This document shows positions 35,170 to 49,800 of a DNA stretch of 60,764 bases, one piece after another (within the stretch, counting starts at the first letter, position 1; each line of letters opens with the position of its first letter). The translations under genes and the position numbers were made by a program. Origin of the DNA: Tubiluchus corallicola (lineage: Eukaryota; Animalia; Priapulida); assembly GCA_030141605.1 (NCBI GenBank), contig JAQGDQ010001126.1, positions 1 through 60,764 of the forward strand, given 5' to 3'. The notes beneath the pieces were generated by a model that was not told where the DNA came from, searched no databases, and worked only from the letters and a program-made list of their open reading frames with translations.

Positions 35170-37827
35170 GTGAGCTTTTTTAAGTGTGAAACTTGCAGGG
35201 ATGAGAATTTTCTGCGGATACACCGAATTCCGAGTTTTTGGAAGACCAGTAATGCAATTTTTGTAAATCGCGTATATTCGTTGAAAAAATTTTTTATGGA
35301 CCCAGTGCATTATTTCACAAACTGACCGCTAGTTGGCAGGCCGTCACTTTTTTTACATCACATACATCAGTGTAACCACGTGTATATTTCTATGCATAAA
35401 AATATAGAATCAATTTTGCGGAGTTATTTGAGTCAATTGCAGACAGTTTTTATATACTTTTGCATAGGAACGGCCAGTACTTAGGCGTTTTTGAGACAAT
35501 TAGGTATCATGTATCCTTGATAGTTGGGTATTTTAAATTATGCATGAAACAAGGTAATTGATATTTTAAGTCCTCTTAGAGGCTCTTTATGGTCACAAAA
35601 TTGCAATTTGTTGCTGCCGACGCGGCCCCCAAACCTCCGGCCTGTTTCAGAGTTTTTTGCAGTTTGTCATTCTCATCCCTGAACTTGGCGATGGTTCCGC
35701 GGAAGGCTCGGGGTTAGCCATAGTCGCTTATACACGTGCATGTATTTTCTCCGTGTGCGGTTTTTATGTTTTTGATTTACTTAGCTGTGGTCGTGCTTTT
35801 TCAAATTTTCTCCGAAGTGCTTCTTCTTGGAACTCAACAAGTTTGGTATTGATTGTCGTCCACTCTTTTGCTCTTCTTAGTATTTGTAGATGTGCACGTA
35901 CATTCTCTGTGTGTTGTCTTCATCCTTTTGAATTATTCAGCTGATCTTGTGTGCGTTTTCAGTTTTCTCCAGGGTGCTTCTCTTTAGAACTCAATTTTTG
36001 TATTGATTGTCGTCCACTCTCTTGCTCTTCTTAGTACCTGTAGGTGTGCATGTACATTCTCTGTGTGTAGTCTTCATCCTTTTGAATTATTCAGCTGGTC
36101 TTGTGTGCGTTTTCAGTTTTCCCCCAGGGTGCTTCTCTTTAGAACTCAATAATTTTTGTATTGATTGTCGTCAACCCTTTTGCTCTTCTCAGTACTACGT
36201 AAATACTTCTGAGTGTTTACTATGTTTTTATTTTATTAGCCCAAGTAGTAGTTATAATAATAATAATTTATCGAATATTTAAAATGTATTAACATTAGAA
36301 GTGTACAAATGCATTTTATATTCTTCAAATATTAACACATAAACATTAAAACGTAACACATAAAATATTAACACATAATACAAAACATAACACATATCAC
36401 AATAGGCTGTTATGTGGGTCATTCTCCACAGAACGTACAATTTTTGTCCCAGGATAATTTTTTTTAAATAACAAAGTTTCTGGTGCGATACTGTCTCATG
36501 ACTGGTAGACACCAAAGAAAGAGACTTATTCCAGTTGTATTTGTTGCCAGAAAAGTGATTTGGACATTTCTACTGAAGCTGAAATCAGTTCCTGTGAAAG
36601 TTTTTCCTATGTCCCCAGTGCCCATTTTCAGCTTTTCCATTACGTTAGATTTGGCAGGAAGTATCCGTTTAAAAATTAATTTGCAGTATTTTATCCTAAA
36701 CAGCACACAAGAAGTGAAAATCCTCTTCCCAAATACTTTCAGAACTGGCATATAAAACTAAAATCGCAATACGTGTATATAAAAATCAGCCAAAATTAAT
36801 TGCATAAGTCCATATTAAATTTCTAATTAATTAAAAAGGCTTCTTTGTAAAAATAAGTTTTAAAGAATGATTTGTACTTTTAAACATTATTGTTTTTACG
36901 TGCACGAATTGATAAATCATTTCATAATTTAATGGAATAATAATAACGATAATTTATTTAATGGCGATTACTACAAATGATTGTATTAACTTGCTTCGTC
37001 GATTATTTCAGGTGCCACTAATTGGCTGTACAGGCTCGACAAGAGTTTGCAAACTTTGGAGGTTCTCCAAACAGGACCCGCCGAAGACAATCTAAATTGC
37101 CTTCCTCCACCCGTTCAGTGCGAACATCCTAGGACGCTTACAGACAATGAGAATAAGGTACGAAAAGACTGTGCCACGGTTTATGAAAGTTGAAACTAAA
37201 TTTAACTAAGAAAAGTATAAAATAACTGGAAATAAGCCTAGATTTGAACCTGGATCTTTAGGATCGAGGTCTTAACTATGGTTCATGTCATATTACAGTT
37301 AACTTGACTCATTTAATAAATTCAAGATTTATTTTTGACGTATGTACAATTATTTCATTAATTATGTATTTTTTTACTTTCAGGTCTTGTTGCTCGATCC
37401 ATCTTCTGGCTATCTATTAGTTTGCGGAAGCGCCTACCAGGGGCTCTGCCGTCTAGTTGATCCTGACAACTTTAACGACATTATAAACTTAAATAGCAGC
37501 AACGTTGCCAATTACGGTGGAGGTATGTGTAGTAGTAGTAGTAGTGGTAGTAGTAGTAGTGGTGGTAGTGGTAGTGGTGGTGCAGTAGTCGTGGTGCAGT
37601 AGTAGTAGTAGTAGTGGTAGTGGTAGTAGTAATAATAGTGGTAGTAGTAGTGGTAGTAGTAGTAGTAGTAGTAATAGTAGTGGTAGTAGTAGTGGTGGTG
37701 GTGGTGGTGGTGGTGGTGGTGGTGGTGGTGGTGGGGTGGTGGCGGCGGCGGCGGCGGCAGCAGTAGCAGCAGCAGTAGTAGCAGCAGCAGTAGTAGCAGC
37801 AGCAGTAGTAGTAGTAGTAGTAGTAGC

Positions 37828-37866
<39 letters not shown>

Positions 37867-40800
37867 GGTGGTAGTGGTGGTGGTGTTGGTGGTGGTGGTA
37901 GTAGTAGTAGTAGTAGTGGTAGTAGTAGTAGTAGTAGTAGTAGTAGCAGTAGCAGCAGCAGCAGCAGCAGCAATACAATTACTTCACTTCAGGTGTCACC
38001 TTTTTGTTGGACAGAGATAGAAAAGTGGTCTTGGACACTGTGATAATACTACTTACGCGTACTTGATTGGCATGGCAGGGTTTCACATAAGCTTTAGTAT
38101 CTGGGCATAAATGTAATTATCAAATGCATTGAATTTTGGCTAGTGCAATATTTATAATTTTGCAGTTCCGATTGTGTTGAAATTCCTGGGAGTGTAAAAT
38201 AAAATTGAATTCTGAAGTCAACCAATCAGAGTCCTTTTAGAGGAGTTATTTAGTGACATCATTCACAAACATGGCAGTTTCATATTATTCTCGTATACGT
38301 ACTCGTTGACTTATGACCTATGCAGGTTACGACTATTCGAGGTTACAACACCAGCACAACTTGATTAATTGCTTATACAAAGCCAACTATAACTCTTATC
38401 GCATTCTGTTTTTTAAACAAATTAACTTTAAATAGCTGTTTGTTCGACAAATTCATCATAGGCACTACCGTACTTAGTTTGCGAACACACACAACGTTTC
38501 GCGTGTAGGGGTGCACCGCTTGAATATACATTGAATATACGTAGGGTTACTATATTGTCTGAGTTGAAAAAGAGGACACTTTTTCGCACACTTGTAAGTA
38601 GGCCAAAATGACCAGTCTAGGGTCTATTAAAACAATGCAAATTATACAAATAGGCCTACATGTATTCTAATAGCAATACCAAATGGCTATACTGCAAAAA
38701 ACATTAACACACTGCAACTGTCAGTCGCCTGCTTCTTCTTGGCTCTCAGAAACAGTTACGCTTGAACTTGACTGAGCCCGAGGCTGAGATCAAGAATACT
38801 TTTCGAGAGACCAAATTGCTTTCAGCTGCAAAACAGCAAACTATACAAATTTAAAGAAATTCACATAAAAAACAAAATGGCTCCTGAAAGTTGACGTCAT
38901 TTTAAGTCGTTAGCGAATACGCCGAGTATCGACAGCGGTGTGAGTCGTGTGACCCATAGTGATGTGCGCATCGCTTACTCTTGTTCAGTAAATATGTACA
39001 CAAAGCTTTTACACGGGTTGCATTTTGAGATGTTAGCAACATCTTGTATTGAAAATTAACGAGCTTTTCTTTGTCTCGTACTGTCATACGCCTCTGCAGT
39101 TGGCAACGTCCGTACATACTTACGGATTGAGGCAAAACCCGGACAAACTGCCGATTTTTTCAAAGCCCGCCCGGACAGAGGCCCAAAAAGAGGACATGTC
39201 CGGGGAAACCCGGACGTATGGTTACCCTAAATATACGGGTCCGACTTGCATCCAATTCGTCTTACGGCCAATCCAGCGGAACTGATTGTGGTTGTGCGTC
39301 CATGGCTGCCTGTATTATCGAGAATTATTTTACATACATTTCTTTAAACTATTTAAAATGATTCTTTAGCCACAGTTTTCTCTTTTTTTCAGGTCGTGAT
39401 AGTGTTTTAGCTGTAGTGGGCAGCGGCGTGAGTTGCCTCGACTACGATGCCAACGATCGGTGCATCGATCATGGGTCGCGTATATACTTCGCTATAGCGT
39501 ACGATGGGCGCCCTATTGAGCTTGCACCAAACCTTGTAACCGTGCGAGGTATTGTCCCGGACGAGCAGACATTGAGCCATTACGCGTATTATGGCTACGA
39601 TTCAATTAAGTACTTTCCATCCATCAGAAAAACTAGAAAGGTGATGCGTTTTCATTATAGTAAAATGTTACAAAGGTGTGATACAAATGTGAAGCAACTG
39701 TCTAAGAAATTATTTATTTTCATTTGTTTTGAATTTTTTTATTTCTATAGACTAAATATACAATAATTACATTAATAGACATGCATCACTAATGCTGGCT
39801 ACAATAGTTAAAGGAACCTGGAACCTGAACGATTGTGTAGGCTTTAGTTCAACACTACGTACAGTCACCTCAGGTATAAGGTACTTGCTTATAAGGGACC
39901 ACCAACACCGATCCCGATTTTCCGTAACGTTTTTCCTATGTAAAAATCTTTGTATATAACGTACTCGAATATAAGGCAGGGATGAGAATTTTCTGCGGAT
40001 ACGTGGAATTCCGAGTTTTTGGAAGACCAGTAGTGCCATTTTTGTAAATCACGTAAATTCGGTGAGAAAATTTTTACGGACCCAGTACATTATTTCGCAA
40101 GGTGACCGCTAGTTGGCAGGCCGTCACTTTGTTTACATCACGTACATCAATGTAACCACGTGTATATCTCTATGTATAAAAAATATAGAATCAATTGTGC
40201 GGAGTTATTTGAGTCAATTGCAGACAGTTTTTATATACTTTTGCATAGGAGCGGCCAGTACTTAGGCGTTTTTGAGTATCATGTATCCTTGGTAGTTGGA
40301 TATTTTAAATTATGCATGAAACAAGGTAATTGATATTGTTAGTCCACTTAGAGGCTCTCTATGGTCTCAAAATTGCACCAAAACCCCCGGCCTGTTTCAG
40401 AGTTTTTTGCAATTTGTCATTCTCATCCCTGATATAAGGGACTTTCAGCTATAAGCGATATCTTCAAGTCCCGCGTAAATTACCTCGCATATATGCCTAT
40501 GATCAAAGCGAAATTGATCAATTTTTAACCTCAATTTTTCGCAAACTCCGCCTGCGAACAGCTCGGTTTCCGCGGTCACATACATCTCTCATCATTGTAG
40601 AAGCTTCCTACATACCATTTGCACTGAATGTGCAGCAATAATCCATGAAAATGTGCGTAAAAGTACAGAAAAGTACAGGTCTAGATACACCCTCGGTCTG
40701 ACTCAACTTCGGCTATAAGGGACATCGGATATAAGGGATGAATTTTTTCCTGTCCGGAGGTGTCCCTTATATCCGAGATTGACTGTATGCTCTAAAATTT

Positions 40801-43800
40801 GGAAAACTACAATAGCTTTTTTAAATCAAAGCTTAAATTACGTAATAATTACCTCGGATATTTAAATTTTGTTAAACTTTCAAAGCTACGACTCAATGAA
40901 TCCACTAAGACTGGCAACGGTGTCTTTTTGTCAAATTCGCATGGTGGACAGAATAGACACAATCAGTGTTCGTCTGTGATGTCAGTGTGACGTTGGGCCC
41001 ATTTTTGTGACATCACATCAGCATCTTATAGCAATCTTCGCTTCAGCAAACGTGCTTGGCGCGCTGGGAAGATACCTACTGTTGCACAAACTGTGGTTAG
41101 TTTGTGACGTAAGCGATAGCTGTGTTCGGTTGCCATTAATTAAGTTTTCAAGCTAATTATTCAAATATAAGAAACAATTGCTAACTTTTATAGGCAAGAA
41201 AATGTATATTTTAAACTGTAAATTAAAGCAAGATTGAGTCTAATCAATCGTTTGGTTTTCCTTTAATAATGACATTAACTGGACAAAGGATAGCGAGCCG
41301 ACAAGTGGTCATCTAGTCAGCAATTGTTATATCAGAAAAAAGTATTTAAAAGTAGACATAAGCACTGCTAAGTTAAGTAAAATATCGACTTTAGATTGGT
41401 TTAGTAAACTGTAATTTTTATAAATTAGAGGAAATTTGAAAGTGTTACTTAACACAACTATAGTATCCACTGTTTATAAGACTCACGGGTAATAAAATCA
41501 GTCATTTAAATGAATAAAAAACATCTGGTCAGGTGGCCGCTCCTGTTTAAATGTACATAAAAATTTTAATTGGTAATTGACTCTCATAACTCCACATAAT
41601 TGACTCAAATTTTTCATTCGTATACTTAAAAATAAGACATTTGTCAGTTACCAAAGAGCTTTTATTGCTTTTATGTCACCTTTTGCTTTTGTGCACCATA
41701 ATGTACGTAGTAACAGTCGTGTTAAGTACAGCTTTGTTTGTAAGCACGTACATTTATAATGTGCTCATAGGCTAGTGCAATGGTTTTGCTTTGAAACGTC
41801 TGCTGCAATTAACTTTGTTGTTTCTGGAAGCTAAACTTAATGACTTGCTTAGCTGTTTACTTTTGATACTCCCACTCTTTTCACAGGGGCACGATCAACT
41901 GCTTTTCTCTAGAAAATATTGTCAATATTTAAATTTGTATTGTTAATGTATTGGACACAGAGGAAATTTGACATTAATTCGTTTCTCAAATTCACTTAAA
42001 GCCTTTACGGTGCATTGCTAGTCTGATGTGTGATGGCTAATACTTTTATCCTAGCGATGCTATATCCTTCGGATAATAGATTCAGTCTATTGAGTCGAAA
42101 CACACATCCCAAAGTGAGTCTATGAATGGGCCTACTGTGTAATGTTGAAATGCGTACAATTTAACCTATTACTAATAAATACCCACAGCGTACATTCTGA
42201 ATAACTAGTTAGTTCCCAAAGCGCAAACCATACCACTATGTGAATGTACCTTAACATTTCACTGAGTCAAATAATCTTGAAATTGGGCTCTGGTATCCAT
42301 TTTAAGCATAAATAAAGTATTTCTACTTATAATTAAACTTTCCTGTTTTCGATAGCTTATAATCCTGGAAGGCATTGTCATCATTATCACCATTATTAAA
42401 ACACTTACAACTTCCTTCAAAGAAAAAATAAATTACCATAGACGTTTTAGTTATAATCTGCTAGTGCAGGGATGTGCAAATTGCGGCCCGCCGAGAGAAT
42501 TTGTGCGGCCCGTGAAGAGATTTGTCATCCTAATGAAAGCGCGGCCTGGGCGATTAATTGAGTGTATCCAGCTGAAGTCCGTGCCACGATCCCAAAGATA
42601 GTGCGGGTAGTTTTTTCTACTAGATCGGATGCCATTAACCCTTACAAGACGGTTGTAGCTTAATGTCACTGTACTACACAGACTGTGTGATACACATTAC
42701 TAATATGCATTGTAATGAAATTACCACTATCTGTCCTGAAAGTAGAAATATATGGTTTGTAATATAAATTTTAATAACTTCTAAAATAGTTTCTTGAGTG
42801 TAGTAGGAATGATGTACGCAGGTCAGATGCAAAAAAAATCGTTATTAGGCCTTTCTGTGCTTGGCACCTTGATCAAACTGCCTGTGGCCCGCAGGAATTG
42901 CGGGAAAGTTTAATGTGGCCCGGCTAGTCAGGTAATTTGCACACCCCTGTACTAGTGACTAACTGTGCGACTTACTTTCATTTGCTGTCATCTGAACTTG
43001 ATGTTTCGGCTGGCAGGAAAAGTGATTTTATTTCTATTTTAGGTTCGATTTGTCAGCGGATTCACTTACAACAACCTTCTCTTCATCATCGTCGTTCAGC
43101 AGGAGTCGATGAATTCGGACACTCCGTACAAAACTTCCATTATCAGACTATGTAATGACGAGGGAACGAATGGGGACAAGCCGTACGTGGAGCTTCCGCT
43201 CCGATGCGGAGATATGTCCATTGCCGAAGCCGCCCATTTAGGAACTTACGCAAATTATCCACAAGGTAACATTGTAAATTGTGTGTAATGATGAAGGGAT
43301 GCTTCATGTAATGAAGAATTTGAGAACGGATGCTTTCTTTTGGCTTGAGAAAAAGTGGGGAAGAATTTTAAAATACCACATAGAAGAGGGTAAAAGGAAA
43401 AGGAATTTACTGTGAATCAGAAATCAGCATAATGCAAATCATTTTACTCACAGTCCTTCTAAATGTTACAGCATACCCAAGTTGTAGTGGGCACTGGCAC
43501 CAATGTGAAAAAGGCTTTTGTCAATATATGTAGCAACACAAACCAAACTCCTTTAGTGGCACAAACACTTTATTATTGACTCTCTTTTCTGTACACTACG
43601 TTGTGACTACTAGATTAAAACTGTAAAAGCTCAAATCAGTTGAAACTGGTTAACCTTGGGCAATACATATCAGAAACCAGTCAGGTGAGAAAATGATTCA
43701 CTGTAGTCTAACTTGTTGTAAAGTTATAATGTTGCTAAAGTTTATAAAGTTCATAAACAAACTCGTGAATCAGTTCACGACACTACAAGAAGAAGAACAA

Positions 43801-46800
43801 CTCAAGTAAAGATGAGAAAATGATTCACTGTAGTCTAACTTGCTGTAAAGTTGCTAAAGTTTATAAAGTTTATAAACAAACTCGTGAATCAGTTCACGAC
43901 ACTACAAGAAGAAGAACAACTCAAGTAAAGATGAGAAAATGATTCACTGTAGTCTAACTTGTTGTAAAGTTATAATGTTGCTAAAGTTTATAAAGTTCAT
44001 AAACAAACTTGTGAATCAGTTCACGACACAACAAGAAGAACAACGCAAGTAAAGGTGAGAAAATGATTCACTGTAGTCTAACTTGCTGTAAAGTTGCTAA
44101 AGTTTATAAAGTTCATAAAGCAAACTTGTGTATCAGTTCACGACACAAGAAGAAGAACAACGCAAGTAAAGATGAGAAAATGATTCATTGTAGTCTAACT
44201 TGTTGTAAAGTTGTAAAGTTGCTAAAGTTTATAAAGTTCATAAAGCAAACTCGTGAATCAGTTCACGACATCCTGATGCTGTTTACTTGCTGCTTTGCAA
44301 ATGGTGTGAAAATGTTTTTATTAAAAGTGCTTGATGGTTTTATTTCAGATGGAGTTTTGTTTGTGTCATTTGGTAGAACATCTCAGATGACCGGTTACAC
44401 GAGCGACCCCACTTACGGATCGGTCATCTGTGCGTACAGCATGGATACGATAGTCTCCCAAGCTGGTAGCGCCATTCGAAGCTGCTTCAAAAGAACTCCC
44501 TTGGGGGCTACCATACCATGGTTTACCAGCTCTAGCCAGCGCTGCAGTTCTACGGTAAATTTAAATTATTAAGTGGTGTCCACATTTCTTTACCATCAAT
44601 AAGAATATAGTGATATCGTTTCATTTAAATGAAAATGTAGGGTGCTGTTGCTTGAAAAAAGACCTCGTTTTTGCCCGATTTGAACATTTTATAGACAATG
44701 CAGGAGGTTTTGCACTTTTAATTAGTTTCTTATTTGGACACAAATTCATGTGCGGCGTACACGTAATAAAAGTTAATGCAAGAATTTCACATACACGCAT
44801 AAATACAGATTAGCAGAAAGCAGTAGCCTGTCGAACAACATAGCACTCTTTGTTGCGGCACTTTTTGTGCAAGTGTAGCCATCTCTCTCTGCAGACGTAT
44901 TTAAATCTGGGAAATGTCTTCCTGCTGCCATCTATTGTTGCAGTGGGTAACTTTGTTGAACATAGCACTCTTTGTTGCGGCACTTTTTGTACAAGTGTAG
45001 CAATCTCTCTCTGCAGACGTATTTAAATCTGGGAAATGTCTTCCTGCTGCCATCTATTGTTGCAGTGGGTAACTTTGTTGAACATAGCACTCTTTGTTGC
45101 GGCACTTTTTGTACAAGTCTAGCAATCTCTCTCTTTGCAGATGCATTTAAATCTGTGGGGAATGGCCTCCTGCTGCCATCTATTGTTGCAGCGGGTAACT
45201 TTGTTGAACATGGCACTCTTTGTTGCGGCACTTTTTGTACAAGTGTAGCAATCTCTCTCTGCAGACGCATTTAAATCTGTGGGAAATGGCCTCCTGCTGC
45301 CATCTATTGGTGCAGCAGGTAACTTTGTTGAACCTCATTTAAGAGACATTTTGTTTAATCTTCTTGTAGAGTGTTCAACAATCTTGGAACTACTTTTGTG
45401 GTTCGTCACGTGGCAACCAATTTATTTGGGGAAGAAATTACTCAGTGGACGGCGAAGTTGCACTTGCTTATCCTGATTCACTTGTAATGTCGCTACAGAC
45501 TGTTGCAGTGAAGAGCCACACTGTGGCAGTACTTGGAACTTCTACTGGTTTGCTTTTTGAGGTAATCTATCCTAATGATGATGATGATGATGATGATGAG
45601 TATGGTGGTGGCGGTGGCGGTGGTGGTAGTGGTGGTGATGTTGGTGGTGATGATGATGATGATGAAGATGGTGGTGGTGGTGATGATGATGACAATGATG
45701 ATAATGATGATAATAATAATAATAAATTTCTTGCATAGCTTTTCAATTGATTTTATCTGTTTTTTCAGTACTTTAGAAACTGTACTGTATTTGTTATTAT
45801 CATCTTTTTCTTATTCTGGTGAATTTCAATTCCTTGTGACTGAAAAAGCCAATATTTCTTTCAAATAACTTGTTGTCATGTGTTCTTAATGAGCATAGTT
45901 AAGTGGCACAGGACTTAGTTAATAAATTGTTGGGTAAACTGTCATGCTAACGATGGCCGTTCAGAATTATACAGGCCATTGATGTTGAGTGCTACAACTG
46001 AGTTCGTAGAGTGCCAAACTAAACGCGTTGAAGGATATTCTGGCATGTTCGGTCTGTTCTGCTGATTAGCCCTGCTAATTCATTGATTTTTTATATTAAA
46101 ACAGAAAGAAATATTGTTAACTGTGACGTTTTTATACTATCAAAACTACGAAACAGCTGAAGGAAAGTTCTCTTCCTTTCAGATACTTACAATCTATGAA
46201 CACTTACTTATTTACTTGGCATGGAGCACTCATACAAGACTTCTCAAAGTTTGTTTATCTTGGTTTTTCTAATTTGTTATTTTATGTTTGGTTTTAGACT
46301 GTAATCAACAGTTCTGTAGAACAGCGGCCTCCGTTCATTAGTTTACAAGTCGGAGATGGGACGCCGATCACGAAGTTGGCATTTGCGAAGACAGGGAGAT
46401 TCGTGTACGCAGTCGCAAGAAATAAGGTATGATTTAATGCACTCGTGATTTGATTCGCAAAGAAGGCTAAAGTCTACAGGATTTGTTTAGGAGTTTGAAT
46501 CTTTTTTTTAGACTGCAATGTGGTTTTCTAGGTGGTGATAGAATTGTTTTGATGTAGTAGAACGTGTAGCATTGATGAGCTCAGGTCACTGAGTTGAACA
46601 ATTCAGCAATGTTAATTTTTTTCAACTGGTGACACATATTGCACAGCTAATGTCTGTATTTGTTGTATTGAATTTACCTGTTACCACAAAATCATTTTTT
46701 CCAGTACCTGCTGGTGAAAATATTGCTTTTTTAATAGTGCGCCATATTTCTTTTCTTTACTGAAACTGAAATGCTAAAGTATAACTAAACTAAGCATCTT

Positions 46801-49800
46801 TATGTAAGTCAAAATCTTGAAACTTTATTTGTACATTTTGTGCCTCAAGACCCAATCTTAGGGAGTAAAACAGACACTGAAATAATATTATATATATATA
46901 TAATAATCTTTATTTGCCATTAAAATACATTGATAATCATTGATAAAAACTTTACAGAGATGATCAGTCAGTGTTAGTTAATAAAAACTTACACTGCTAA
47001 AGGCAAATGCGTCAGTGCAATTTAAACTACTGTGCAGTAATGGAAAGTAACGACGAATAAAATCAAACATATTTACAACTATGCACAAAAAATGAAAAGA
47101 CTAAGATTTAATTAATATGGTCGTGGATATATGAATTCTGAATTAGTGTGTATGTTGTCGTACTGGTGTGATGGTATTTCATATCTGGTTAATATTAGTG
47201 ATTTTAATTTTGTTTTAAATGCTGATAGGGACTTGATTTGTTTAACCTGTTTAAACTTGTCATAATGCCACTTAGCTTTGCAATTGATTACTGAGTCAGA
47301 GAAACTGAGAAAACTTATTACAATTTTAGCTGGTTTAAGTGGGAAATGATGTAAATTTCTAGACATTAAAGCTGAATTGTGAGACTAAAGCAGTTTTTCT
47401 TGTGAAGTCATGGCTAGTCTCACCATTTTTCTCACTAAAGTGCCGTTTGTTGTTTTTAAACTTTTCAGGTTACGAAGATTCCACTTGAATCATGTGATTT
47501 GTACCAGGAATGTTCGACGTGTTTAACAGCAAATAATCCTAATGCTTGCGGCTGGTGTGCAGATCGTTGCTCGACTTTCAGCGGTTGCCGTGGTAACCAG
47601 TGGAGCGATAAAGTTTGCCCGCCAATCATAGAAGAGGTGAGATTTTTTTAAAGTTTACCTAAGTAACACCTATGTTCTTTGATTGATTGGTATAAGCATC
47701 TGCCTTGGTCTTTATATAATTCATCGCACTGCTAGCCAGAGTTTACCATTCAATCCAGAGCCTACTTGCCAAATAATTCCACATTAACAAAGAAAAAGAA
47801 GAAAATTGTTGTTCCCTACGTTTCTCGCGAATATTTAGCCGATTCGTGACACAGCACAAACATTCCAGGAGCGTGTTCCGTGTGTTTGTAAAAGTGGAAA
47901 TTGGAAGTACTGTGCTACATACAACGTTGCCGTTCTGTTCCCCTGTAAAGGATCAGAGAAATGACTCGGTTAAAGACTTCAGTGTACAGTGTGACTGTGT
48001 TGTGTTAAAAGTTTCTTTTTTATGAATGTGAATAAAATAATGAATAATTATAATTGTTTAATACAGGGGTGTGCAAATTATCTGACTAGCCGGGCCACAT
48101 TAAACTTTCCCGCAATTCCTGCAGGCCACAGGCAGTTTGATCAAGGAGCCAAGTACAGAAAGGTCTAATAACGATTTTATTGCATCCATCCTGCCCACAT
48201 CATTACTACTACACTCAAGAAACTATTTTAGAAGTTATTAAAATTTATATTACAAACCATATATTTTTACTTTCAGGACAGATAGTGGTAATTTCATTAC
48301 AATGCATATTAGTAATGTGTATCACACAGTCTGTGTAGTACAGTGACATTAAGCTACAACCGTCTTGTAAGGGTTAATGGCATCCGATCTAGTAGAAAAA
48401 ACTACCAGCACTATCTTTGGGATCGTGGCACGGACTTCAGCTGGATACACTCAATTAATCGCCCGGGCCGCACTTTCATTAGGTTGACAAATCTCTTCGT
48501 GGGCCGCAATTTGCACACCCCTGGTTTAATATAAACGTGTTTGTGTTCTTAGTAGCTGTAGCTGCTTTACAATGTAAGATCAGAGCAACTCCAAGCTGAT
48601 TTTTCTAGGTATGCTGCGAAGGCTAAAACTTCTGCAAATATGAAGAGGTTTAGTTGCCTTGCTAGCTTGAGTCTCCATTCCCTTAAATTCCTGTAAAACT
48701 ACGGATTAGATAATTATCGCCTGCTGTACAAAGTAGCATTTGTAAGCTTTTTTTAAGTCAAATACAGAATACTTAGTTTGGTTTCAGTTTTACTCTAAAA
48801 CAGAAAGAAATGCTCTTAACTAAGATTTTCTGATACTTTTGACTTTTTCTTGGTGGTTTTTGTGAAAAGAAAATCTGGTGTGAAGTTGTCATTTGCAAAG
48901 AAAGTCTGAAACTTGATCTTGCGTGTTTTAGTCGTTAGATGATGCCAGGAATACCTTAGTCCTTAGTTATGCTAGCGTTTAAGCTTTGTTATCACGTGTC
49001 ACATTTTGCTTTATGTAGCATTGTTTACAAATTCAGCATCACAGAGAGATGCGGTATCCAAGGAAACTGTTGCTAGTACGTTTGTTTAGCCTGCGATTTT
49101 CCAAAGTTTCACGAGCAAAACCAAACAAAACGTTTTGGGAAAAAATGCAACTTCAAGGTCTGATTTCACTATGAAGGAAACCATAAATTTTAATAAAATT
49201 GGTGTGAAATAAATTTTTAGCTCTTTGAATTCAAGAAAACTTGATTTTATGTTGAAGTGACAGGATTTAAATTTCAAAAAACTCAACTCAACACAACTCA
49301 CACATTGCGCATTACCATGTTACTATTTGCCATTTTGTAGTTTCGACCAGTCGCTGGGCCTATCCAGGGAGGAACCTTACTGAAAATTAGTGGAGAGAAT
49401 TTTGGTTTTCCACTTCACACGTCCGTTACCATTACCATCAATGGAATTGCATGTCAATGGACGCATCACGATGACAGGAAGTATGTATTAGTTTTATAAT
49501 TTTTATAATTTAATATTTTGTTAAGGCGAAAATCATTAAAACTAGTCTCTATGTCAGGGGTGTGCAAATTATCTGACTAGCCAGGCCACATTAAACTTTC
49601 CCGCAATTCCTGCCGGCCATAGGCAGTTTGATCAAGGAGCCAAGTACAGAAAGGCCTAATAAAGTTTTTTTGCATCCGACCTGCGTACATCATTACTACT
49701 ACACTCAAGAAACTATTTTAGAAGTTATTAAAATTTATATTACAAACCTTATATTTCTACTTTCAGGACAGATAGTGGTAATTTCATTACAATGCATATT

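Noticed and set aside
37481-38020. Homopolymeric ORFs (poly-L/Y/H/V; also 10452-10787, 12826-13150, 45575-45868, 55998-56414)
   Set aside because: Translations of microsatellites.
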